Both the position numbers and the translations under genes were made by a program. Shown one piece after another: positions 22,325 through 31,843 of a DNA stretch of 64,000 nt (its first letter is position 1; the number at the start of each line of letters is the position of its first letter). The stretch is taken from contig MU008174.1 of NCBI GenBank assembly GCA_010909165.1, forward strand, positions 248,001 through 312,000. The letters are read 5' to 3'. Under the pieces are notes generated by a model. That model worked only from the letters and a program-made list of their open reading frames with translations. It did not search any database and was not told the origin of the DNA. The stretch comes from Anthoceros angustus. Its lineage: Eukaryota; Plantae; Anthocerotophyta.

Positions 22325-24034
22325 TTATTCGGCGCCACAGTCAGCCAGACTCCTCTTTCCTGCCAAGACAGGCTGCTCGAAGAATGTGTGATGAAGTGAC
22401 CTGATGCAAGCTTCGGCTTCGGCATTCTTCACAATGAGAGAAATGTTAACCTTGGACGCTCCCTGCGAGATCATCTGGACGTTCACACCCAATGCGTTGA
22501 GGACGCAGAACGTCTTCTCCAGGATAAAGGAGGACCGATCCACATTCCCAATGAGAGAAATGATGGAGCGGTCCCGCTCGATCTTCACAGTTGCAATCTT
22601 CTCCAGTTGCTGCCTCACCCTGCGGAGCTGTTCCCTGATACCAGAATCGTCGCATGTCCACACCTTGGTCGGATCAAGTGTAAGAGAGATACTGACATCA
22701 CTGGTGGCCACCACGTCCACAGAAATTCCCAGCTCCTCAAACACAGTGAAAACCCTGGCCAGAAAGCCGTACTGCCCGAGCATGCGAGTACTCACAATGT
22801 CCAGCAACGTCACGTTGCGCTTCAGCACGAGACTGGTAAGCAAGGCATTGCTCATATCCCTGTTGCAGGTGATCAAGGTGCCAGGAGCCTCAGGCTTGTA
22901 AGAGTTCTTCACTCTCACCGGAATGTTAGCCTCTCTGGCAGGCCTCATGGACTGAGGATGCAGCACCTGGGCACCGAAATACGCAAGCTCCGAAGCCTCA
23001 TCGAACGTCAGGTGAGGCACCGGCACCGCATTGCTGTGAATCCGGGGATCACAAGTCAAAACCCCGTCCACGTCCTTCCACACCTGAACCTCCTGCAGTC
23101 CTAGTGCCTTTCCAATAACAGTTGCAGTCAGATCACTCCCTCCCCTCCCTAACGTCGTGATAGCCTTCTTCTCAGGAGTGTCCGGAGCCGGTGTGTATCC
23201 AAGGAATCCCGTCACAATAGGAATAGCATGATACCTCTCCCAGTCCTCCCGCAAACAAGCCTCCACCTCAGCATACGCCCCATCCAAAACATCAGCATTC
23301 GTGAACTCGTCGGTCGTCAAAAATCCGATCTGGAATGCATCATACTGCCTCGCCCTCACACCTTTCCTGTTCAAGAACGCAGCAAAAATCCTGGTCGACA
23401 TCCTCTCGCCGAACGACACCAGCTTGTCCTTCGTCCGGGGAGAAAGCTCTCCCAGCAACGCGATCCCCGTTAAATGCTTATCCAACTCCTCAAGCAGCGG
23501 GTTCACCACCGACACATCCACTCTCAGACTCTCACAAGTCTCCCTGTGCAACCGTGTGATGTCTAGTAACGCATCCGTGAAGCCCGTTACTCCGCACTCC
23601 AGCGCCTTCTGCCCCGCCTCCAACAGCTTGTTCGTCGTCTTCCCCATTGCGGAAAGGACTATCACGGGCCTCTCCTCCGGGAAGCTCAAAATCAAACCAG
23701 CAACCTCCCGCATCCTCTCAGCAGAGGCTACCGAAGATCCTCCAAACTTCATCACAGTGGTAAGCTCCTGCTGCAATCCCTCCACTTCCGCCCGCGCCAG
23801 TCTCTCTGCAACCGCGCCAGTCTTGTTGAGCGCCACAACCGCTGGACCGCGAACCCTTGGCACCGAGACCTCACACCGGCATGCCGAAAACAACGCGCTC
23901 CGCTCCCGCTCACGGCTCGCAAACGCGTGCAGCGAGTCAAGCCGAATTCTTTCCTTGAGGGCAATCCTTTCCCCGCTCCTGGCTCCGCAGCCGAAAGCCT
24001 GCGCCCCCCGGGCAACCGCGGCTGCCGCCGCCAT
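22325..24034 (-). CDS. AK: Plastid monofunctional (lysine-sensitive type) aspartate kinase, intronless, 569 aa
   Basis: Ala/Arg/Ser-rich transit peptide, VMKFGGSSVASAERM, LVSFGERMS, TTLGRGGSDLTA, VWKDVDGVLTCDP, ELAYFGAQVLHP and two ACT domains (RMLGQYGFLA, MISQGASKVNISL). ATG at 24034. Confidence 0.96.
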   Translation of the reverse strand: MAAAAAVARGAQAFGCGARSGERIALKERIRLDSLHAFASRERERSALFSACRCEVSVPRVRGPAVVALNKTGAVAERLARAEVEGLQQELTTVMKFGGSSVASAERMREVAGLILSFPEERPVIVLSAMGKTTNKLLEAGQKALECGVTGFTDALLDITRLHRETCESLRVDVSVVNPLLEELDKHLTGIALLGELSPRTKDKLVSFGERMSTRIFAAFLNRKGVRARQYDAFQIGFLTTDEFTNADVLDGAYAEVEACLREDWERYHAIPIVTGFLGYTPAPDTPEKKAITTLGRGGSDLTATVIGKALGLQEVQVWKDVDGVLTCDPRIHSNAVPVPHLTFDEASELAYFGAQVLHPQSMRPAREANIPVRVKNSYKPEAPGTLITCNRDMSNALLTSLVLKRNVTLLDIVSTRMLGQYGFLARVFTVFEELGISVDVVATSDVSISLTLDPTKVWTCDDSGIREQLRRVRQQLEKIATVKIERDRSIISLIGNVDRSSFILEKTFCVLNALGVNVQMISQGASKVNISLIVKNAEAEACIRSLHHTFFEQPVLAGKRSLADCGAE

Positions 24035-25074
24035 GGCCACTTCAGAAGTGGCAAACGCGCGACGCGATTCGGCTCAAAGATGCGCGGGCGTTGCACAATG
24101 CAAATGGCAGGAGGGCAGTGGGAATTTGAGAGGCAACAAAGGCAGCCACAGCCGCCACTCGCGCTCCTCAAGCTCCAACTCCCTCCCACGTTCACTCTAT
24201 CTTGAGGTCTGCATGTTTCGTCTTCACCTCGCGCGCCGCGTAACTTAACAGTCTTAAGTCGGTACTAACTAAGACACGTACTAAGTGACGAGGAATTTCA
24301 GTTAGTGCCGTTAACACCGGAGGAAATGCCTTGAACATTCTTCCGGCGTGCCCAGAACGAGAATGTTGCTCCCAAGTTGTTCTCATCATGGAGTCCTCAC
24401 ATGTCAGGCCGCACTGCACACGGAAAGCGCGTAGCCAGGCACTGTTGCAGTGTTGATATATATTATTCAACATTCAGACAGCTGGATCCAGCAAGGCGAC
24501 GAAGGAGCTTTCAGACAGACAAACAGGAGAGCAAGGAAAGTGAGGAGGCAAGGACACCACCCCCATGGGCCTGGACAGCTCTGTAGCTGGCTCCAGCCAC
24601 TAATAAAATGACAAAAAGAAGGAAGAAGAAAGGCTGAGTGAGAGACTCAGAACATCTCTCCTTAATGGACAAGTCCGTATGGCCCAGACATGGAAGGTGG
24701 AGGGGGCCCATCTCAAAATCTCTACTGCAGCCCCCACCCGACAAGCTCATGTGCAGGAGAATAAACGCACAGGAGACAAATCATGGCAGAAGAATGAGGT
24801 GAACCATCTTGAAGTCAAAATGCTGACGGGCATCGCACCTCTTCACTGCCAGCTAATTTTTTCCCTGGGTCAGTGAAGTCGACGAGTGAAGAGCCTGTTC
24901 AAGCTGGTGAAGAATTGCGGAAAATTTGACGGGAGGCCCACTGCTGAAGCCTCCAGTGGAAACGGGCTCTCCCGGATACTGATGAACAAGCTCACTGGTT
25001 GTGGTTGCTGACTGAACCGCAATGGACTGTGCCAACTAAGAATCTGCGGAGAAGCCTTTGGAAGGTTGCTTGCG

Positions 25075-27410
25075 TTACTCCCCAACTGTCATGCCAAATC
25101 CAAACTTGTAGTCTTTCTTCCAGTGGTCGATCTGCCACGAGAATCTTTTGTCAGCTTGGAACCCACCAGGAAGTTTGCCGGAGTTTGATTGGAATGTACA
25201 GCCCAGGCAACATCGACAGCAGCACGCATACTTGAGTGCCTGGAGAGCTCACCTCAGCAGATAGTAGCAAGTTCACTCCTACATTCAGTCTCTCCTCTAG
25301 ATAGGCTGCCACACAGCCATTCGTATCCAGCCGCCCTCTTAAGCGACACTGCTCAATAACCACCGCATATTAGGCTGTGAATAAATCATGACTGTTGGAG
25401 GAACTGGTTGAATAGCCAGGCTGTAAAGAAAACTTTGTTGTGGGAACCACATGCATTCACCCAGGTTACTCACCTGGCGGAGCAGATAGTCGTATCCAAC
25501 ACTGGTGGATGCCTCTCTTGAGGTCCAGTTGTAATTAAAATCCGACGCTAAGGAAACCTGGAAGTGCAATACAAAGTTAACCAGTGTACAAAGGCCACAT
25601 AGGAATCCGCTGAGCATGATGAGCTCTCCTACAACGGAACGCCACAAAATGACCACACTTTACCTTGTCTGAGACTCTTTGAACATAAGTCAAAGAAACC
25701 ATCCCCGTACTAGCAATCTGTGCAGTTGCTATCTGCCACCTCAAACCATGTGAGTGCAAAGCTGTTCTCAATTTCTATTCGCTGTTCCGTACAAGGAAAA
25801 CTGGGAGTGCCATCGAAGAGCCACACAGAGACCACAAAAATAGAAACTTAGGAGCATCAAGATCCCTACCACTTTGTCAGTACTGTAACGTCCAGCAAAT
25901 CCCACACCAGACTTCCTCTGATGACCAAGCCAAAAAGTTTCACCTCCAAGTGCAAGAGTGGGAGTCACGCTCTACATTCACCAAAGGCAATGTGAGTACT
26001 TATCAAGTCCTAGAGAGACTGTTGGCAGACTATAAACTCAGAAAATGTCTACCTGAATGTAGTTGAAACCATAAAAGGCATTATTTCCCAGCTGTAATTG
26101 GGACTGGAAGTCTCGACCCTGCATGCACAATTGGAGCATTCTTGTCAGGTGCCATGTCACACAACCACTGCACAGTCACAAAGCACATAGAAGCCGAACC
26201 CCAATCTGAGCCTGTCCGTACCTTGTAGTCAAAATGGAACATGCCTTGAGAGAAATGGGCTTCATTTGTGAGCTGCACAGATGGCAAAGCTGTGTAAGAA
26301 TGTAGACAAGGGTACTACAAATCATACAATCCAGCCAGAGCCTAGAAAATCAAGTCCTCACCAACAAAATCCCTCATCGGATAACTGCCAACTGGGACAG
26401 TTCAGCAGGCTACAGGCGACATTCCAAAGTCTGCGTATTACCTACACACACATAGAGCATAGTCCAATATCACAACAAGGCAGCTAGTGGTGGTACCTGC
26501 GCATTGATCTTCACTGAAAGGCTGTCTGTGAGATCATACTTCACCCTGGCACTCATTCGTCCATCAGTCAGGATTCTTCCAATGAGCATCATCTGTTGGA
26601 GAGGATTGAAGTAAGCACAACGAAAGTACAGGGGCAGACCACCACGGCACATGCATAGCCTAAAGGGAAAACAAAAACTCGTGTAACCAGATATTCTTAC
26701 CCTTGTATCAATCAAATTGGCCCCGAATTCGTAGTGAGCAGCAGAAACCTTGATGGTCTGAGGAGATTGTGAAGGCACCTCCACTGAGCCCATGAACACA
26801 CTGGAACAAACAATCATAGACACGGTTCAGCCATCAGGCTACGCTCGAATGTAGGAAAAAACTAAAACCTTCGATAAACCCTAAACCCTTGAAACTTCCT
26901 CCGACACAGCATTTCCCGCTGACATTCCCACACACTATTCTGCTTCCAATCTAGCCCACAAGAATGAACCGACATTCAGGAAAGCAGAGAATACCTATGA
27001 CTCAGGGAAAACTTCTGATTGAGAGGCTTCGTGAAGTCGAATCGCAGCCCTTCGAAAAGCTCCGGCTTCAGCGCCACTGCAACACAAAGGAAAGATACCA
27101 AACCTTAGAAAATGAGCATTACCTCCTCGAAACCAGAACCAATTGAGACACAGCCAAGCAGCAGCTGCCGGATCCAGATCTCACTCCATTCACATTCCGA
27201 ACACGAAGCATGCACACTTACTCAAGGCCTCTCGTTGAATTTCCTCATACTTGACAGGGGCGGGAAGATTGAGCCAATCCGTCTTCTGGCCGACGGGCTT
27301 CTCCGGCTCCTTCCCCGGGGCTGGCGGAGCTAGTGGCGAGGGAGGTGCATGCAGCGGGGCAGGGGCGGCGGGGAGGGGAGGGCTGCGGCATAGCTGACCG
27401 AAGCCCCCAT
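25075..27410 (-). CDS. TOM40: Mitochondrial import channel TOM40; 10 predicted exons; apparent 1-bp deletion in exon 1
   Basis: Exons about 27410-27222, 27076-26995, 26800-26701, 26592-26497, 26272-26222, 26118-26053, 25971-25870, 25732-25664, 25557-25474 and 25348-25253, plus terminal exon 25131-25075 (11 segments counting the terminal one). They encode [43 protein letters not shown] and [12 protein letters not shown], with GT-AG borders. Confidence 0.93.
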
Positions 27411-27621
27411 TCCGACAGAGTAGATGAGGAAACGACAAATGCGCTAGAGCGTTCCGTCCGGGCCGCGTCAGTGCTGCAGGCAAGGTCCGATCGCCACTGC
27501 TCTAGCGAGCTGCTGCCATCACCGCTGCTGCTCGCCTCTGCTAGCTCTGGGGGCTCCAGCGGCTCCCTAAGGGCCGGCTAATTCTGGTTAAGATTTCACG
27601 GTCCCCTTCTCAACGGAATGC

Positions 27622-27718
27622 TAGGGTTTCAGCAACTGTTCACACATTTCAGGTTCGCTTTGTGAAAACGGAGCTGGTGCGAATCCTTGGGCCAGAGCTG
27701 TCTGCATTGCAATGGGCC
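27622..27718 (-). promoter_or_regulatory. Telo-box plus two site II elements upstream of TOM40
   Basis: AAACCCTA on the minus strand at 27629-27622 and TGGGCC at 27688 and 27713. This pairing is typical of plant nuclear genes for mitochondrial and translation proteins. Confidence 0.6.
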
Positions 27719-28779
27719 AAGGAGAAGGCACATGTAGGTAGGCTACATAGCTACGGTATCAATTTTCTTTAGTCATATTTTTTTGTTCTCCCCTTCTGAA
27801 CCTTTTGTGTTTTTGGTCATGTATTCTTTTTCCTCTTTGTTTTTTCAAACATCTCTTTACTAGAAGCCAATGCTTAAGATCTATTGAAAAGCCCTATTTT
27901 CTTGGTCCATATGATCATATAAAACATGTATGGGATTTTTAATGACCATCATAATTTTACATACATAGATTTTGAATGACTATCGCCTAGTTTAAGAACT
28001 TTAACGTAGTGATCGAGGTAACGTAGTGATCGAGGTATCGCGTTGCAACTACATAATTTTCATGGTAATATCAAAATACTTGTCCAAAATTGGGAGCTTA
28101 CACCTAAACACACACACTTGTGACATACCCAAATGCACATATCTACATACTATGGTTTACAGTCGCGAATGGCAAAATAGCTTGCCGCAATGTGAGCAAG
28201 TGCACCAACAAACTGCTTTGAGAAGCATGCACAAGATGTGGGATCAATACATGCACACATACACACCTCCTTTATGCATGTCTTGCCATTCATAGACATG
28301 GTATGCTGCACATTCGAAATACAAGTCTTACTACCTACCTTAGAAATATCACTCCTACATGCCATGACATAGGTGTTCATCATTTGATTTCTTTTTGTCA
28401 GGAGCTACAATCTTAAAATGCAAGTTTGCATCACTTGAGAGCGAATTGCCTTTTGAGATGCCCACAAACCTAAACTCGTCCATATCTTGGTGGCAACTAT
28501 TGTTTTGGGTGGGTAATCCCAAAGTACATGTGAAATCCTAAAAGTCTTCTTCTTATACATGGGACGTATGTAACACGCTGTCCCAGAATGAGCTAATGTT
28601 TATTCTTGAGTCCCAACATTTACACAACCCTCTTTGCTTTCCATATGGTGCTTATGTAATACGCTTGCTTAGAATGAATTGATGTTTTTCTTAAGTCCCG
28701 GTATTTAAATTGTCCTCTTCGCTTTTGTGCTCTCCTACTTTGCTTCAAGTGTTTAATCTTGTACTTTGATGTCAAATTT

Positions 28780-29478
28780 TTGCTCACATTAACCCCGTAA
28801 TACCCAACCCACTGAAATACAATGTCTGGACCCATGTTCTTTAAGATTTTGCACAATTTCCGTACAATAGTAGTTCATAGTATGGATGCATTTTAGGAAA
28901 AGTTCTACCCTCTGTGCATTATAAAAGTAATTGAAAACGTTTGAGCAATCTATTTAGTTGAAACGCGGAAGAGTCCTTTAAAAAACTTACAAACCCCTCA
29001 AGAAACGAAAGCCATTACTATGTGGATACTGATTCGATGGTCCATATTTTTGATGCGTTGGAAAGCTCTTTTCTTGGATTATGTGGATTATTTTTTTTTC
29101 CTAAACCCTAAACTAAAACATTTGACAAATGCCTTCCACAAAATATTTTAATATTTTGTGAAAAAATAGGGCCCATACACCAAGAACAGATCCTCCAACA
29201 CGTTGAAAACAAAAAAAACCATTGGATGAGTAGCCTAGTAATAATGGCTCCCATTTCTTGAAGGGTTTGTGAGTTTTTAAAAAGATCCTTTCATGTTTCA
29301 ACTAGATATATTGGTCAAACGTTTTCACTTATTTTTCATAATGTAGAGGGCAAAATTTGTTACAAAGATAGCCTTAACATGAACTAATGTCATGCAAAAA
29401 TTGTGCACAATGTTAAAGAGCATGGGTCAAATTTCTCAATTCGAGTGGGTTGGGCATTTTGGGGTTAACATGAGTGCA
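28780..29478. repeat. Long diverged inverted repeat (~320-bp arms, ~60-bp loop); MITE/fold-back-like
   Basis: Arm 28780-29095 aligns end to end with the reverse complement of 29158-29478 (TTAACCCC, CCCAACCCACT, GACCCATG, GAAAACGTTTGA, AGTTGAAAC, ACAAACCCT, CAAGAAA, GCCATTA, TTCTTGG). Confidence 0.85.
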
Positions 29479-31061
29479 ATCCTGTCTACTCCTATTTTGA
29501 GTTGTGTGTCTAGTTGCTGGGAGAGGGAGACTAATTGCTGCTACCTTGCCTTCATGTTCTAGGAAACTAATGACTGCCTTATCATATCCTTGAGCCTACT
29601 ACAAGCATCAACCTAGAAGCCCATCTTAGCACAAATCTAGCTTTCGTGAAACTGCTTTAATATTAATGTAGTTGCAAAACATGTACCATCATCGATATGC
29701 TTTCCACTTGGTTTGAAGGATATATGAATGTCATACGATAAGTAGAGTTTGTTGCTATCCTAACTCATGTCCATCTACCCGTAGGAGTGGGATTCATTGG
29801 CGAACTTGAGTAAAGCACGTGTATCTGATCTCTTCCAGCTCGTAGGTTCTAGCGCTAGCTGCCAAAAACATCCCCTTGAGTTCGTCGCACTTCGTTACAG
29901 TCTCATGCAGGTTGATCAACAAGTTCATGTCTCCCCGTGTTGGTCTAACTCCCTCGTCTTTGGATGTTGTGGGAGCTTCAGTGTTTGTTGTCTTGTTTTG
30001 CTAACTGCGATGGTAGTCTCAAGTGTGCCTAAGGCTGTGTTTCTGCTATCTATCTATTGAGACGCCCTCGGCCTCTTTTGGCGAGACAAAGCAGCACTCC
30101 TTGTGCGCGGCATCCTGGTGTTCATGGCTGCCTCAATTGCGATGGTGATCACCAAAATCACAGTTGTGAGTGCGCGGACAAAGATAGTCCAGGGACCTAT
30201 TGTTGTGCTCTTCAACCTCTGCCTCTGTACTTAGTGCACCGACACGAGATGTCTTGAGTTCTTAAAAGTAATGCCTTAGAAGGTGAACCTACGAAGAGCG
30301 AGTGACCCATAACTAGCCGTAGATTGATTTGGTTAAACTTATCACTGCCTATATAATGTGTGTCTAGGGCTAAGTGGGAGTGTGAGGATTGGATACCCTA
30401 ACACAAGTTATATACTTAGATTTATTTAAGTTAGGTTTACTAAACAATCACTTAGGTAAGTATGTAAACAAAACCAGTTTTGTATTCTAATTAATCAACA
30501 GTTCTCTTTGTGTTCACCACAAGATAACTTCCGCCGATGCGATTGATGCCCACCACTCTTGCCACCGTGGCCGATGGCCCTTGGCCGCGCCGCGGCGGGG
30601 CTAGGGGGCATCGATCATCAACAACCTACATACAACTAAAGATACCGAGACCTCAAGGTGCTATCTATAAGTAGTAGATAGCCTAATCCACATCGAAACT
30701 TTAAGCACCCTGATGGTGGTTCAGGTCTTAGATGTGGTGCACGTCTACATTGTTTTGCCAAATCATTCATATTCCCTCTGCATCTTCTTTCTCTGCTATT
30801 TGAGATAGCTCCCAATTAGGGTGCAAAAACCAAGAACCTTGTGGCACCGATGAGAACCATGCGACGCTGATTAGGGTTTTCAGCTCGAAAGCCGCACGGA
30901 AGTTTTGTGCTTTCGGTTCTCCATCCATCCATCCCGGTGTCCCTATGGATGATGATGTGGCACTTTCGCTCGTATGAGCCAGCATTAATGGCCATCAATA
31001 TCGATTTGCAAGCGTACCGATTGGGACACCAACAAAGTTCTACTTCTTCTGTTTTTCCTGC

Positions 31062-31353
31062 CGAGCTAGAACTCTAGCTGGCTCAACTGGACCGAGTTCG
31101 GTCTAGCTGGAGCTCTAGCTCGCTTGCCAACTCGTCTAAGAAGCAAGACCACTTAAAAGCTCTCTGGTCGTGAAAATTTGTGCCTCGCATCTCCCTCCTC
31201 CTTCAGCCAGAAAGACTATTCATGCTAGCAAGGCTGATTGAAAGGAGCTGGAGCTCCATAAAGACTGCACATGCTAGCGAGGCTGATAAGAGGAGCTGGA
31301 GCTCCAGAAAGACTGCACATGCTAGCGAGTCTGGTCAGAGGAGTTGGAGCTCT
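31062..31353. repeat. 61-bp hairpin (31062-31122) and three ~48-bp tandem units (31208-31353) rich in GAGCT/CTAG
   Basis: CGAGCTAGAACTCTAGCTGG pairs with CTAGCTGGAGCTCTAGCTCG. Units read AAAGACTGCACATGCTAGCGAGGCTGATAAGAGGAGCTGGAGCTCC. Confidence 0.8.
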
Positions 31354-31843
31354 AGCCGGCTCCATGCACCAAGCTTTGGAGTTCAAGCTTGTTGTACTTA
31401 GCCGAACTAGAGCTGCTCGTACCCACATAAAAAAGATCAATTTTTTTAACGTGCCATTTGCACATCATACCATGTGCATATGCGGCACCAACTTGAAAAT
31501 ATTTTTTGTATGCGTATTCTCCTCAGTCTCTGTCCTAGTTGGTATGCCATACTCTTCAGCTTTGAGGAAGTATAAAGCTTTGGCAGAGGACTTTCATAAA
31601 TTTATCAGAACTTATATAAAAATAAAGTTTTTATTAAGGAAAGGGATAAAGGACATCAAAGGACTTATACTAAGGTGGAGGCAATTTCATTTGACTGAAG
31701 CTCAGTCGTCGAACACAAACATATTTTCAAATGGGGAGTGGGACAGATGATGTCATTTGGTGATTTAGAAGGGCAGTGCTTTTACCTACCTTTCCACTTC
31801 GTATTTCTTTTAAGAGGTGTTGCGCTCCGGAGGTAGGCGAGCT

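Noticed and set aside
22141-22330. Canonical bacterial lysine riboswitch (L-box) in the AK UTR
   Set aside because: Only a vague AGAGG motif is present; the five-helix L-box consensus is not recognisable. Any switch here would be a different architecture.
22325-24034. Horizontally acquired bacterial lysC
   Set aside because: It has a transit peptide and plant-type sequence throughout; lack of introns alone is insufficient.
24199-24216. Regulatory uORF (MQTSR*) upstream of AK
   Set aside because: Five codons, the TSS is unknown, and there is no evidence of conservation.
23301-24248. 315-aa antisense ORF (also 4941-5579, 22404-23104, 32155-32901, 34931-35710, 37549-38325)
   Set aside because: These are shadow ORFs opposite GC-rich real genes, with no independent motifs.
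26872-26890. Interstitial telomere
   Set aside because: Only about two units; better explained as an intronic telo-box (likewise 29100-29112).
30365-30420. LTR retrotransposon polypurine tract/LTR start (AAGTGGGAG-TGTGAG)
   Set aside because: No gag/pol remnants, second LTR or PBS found.
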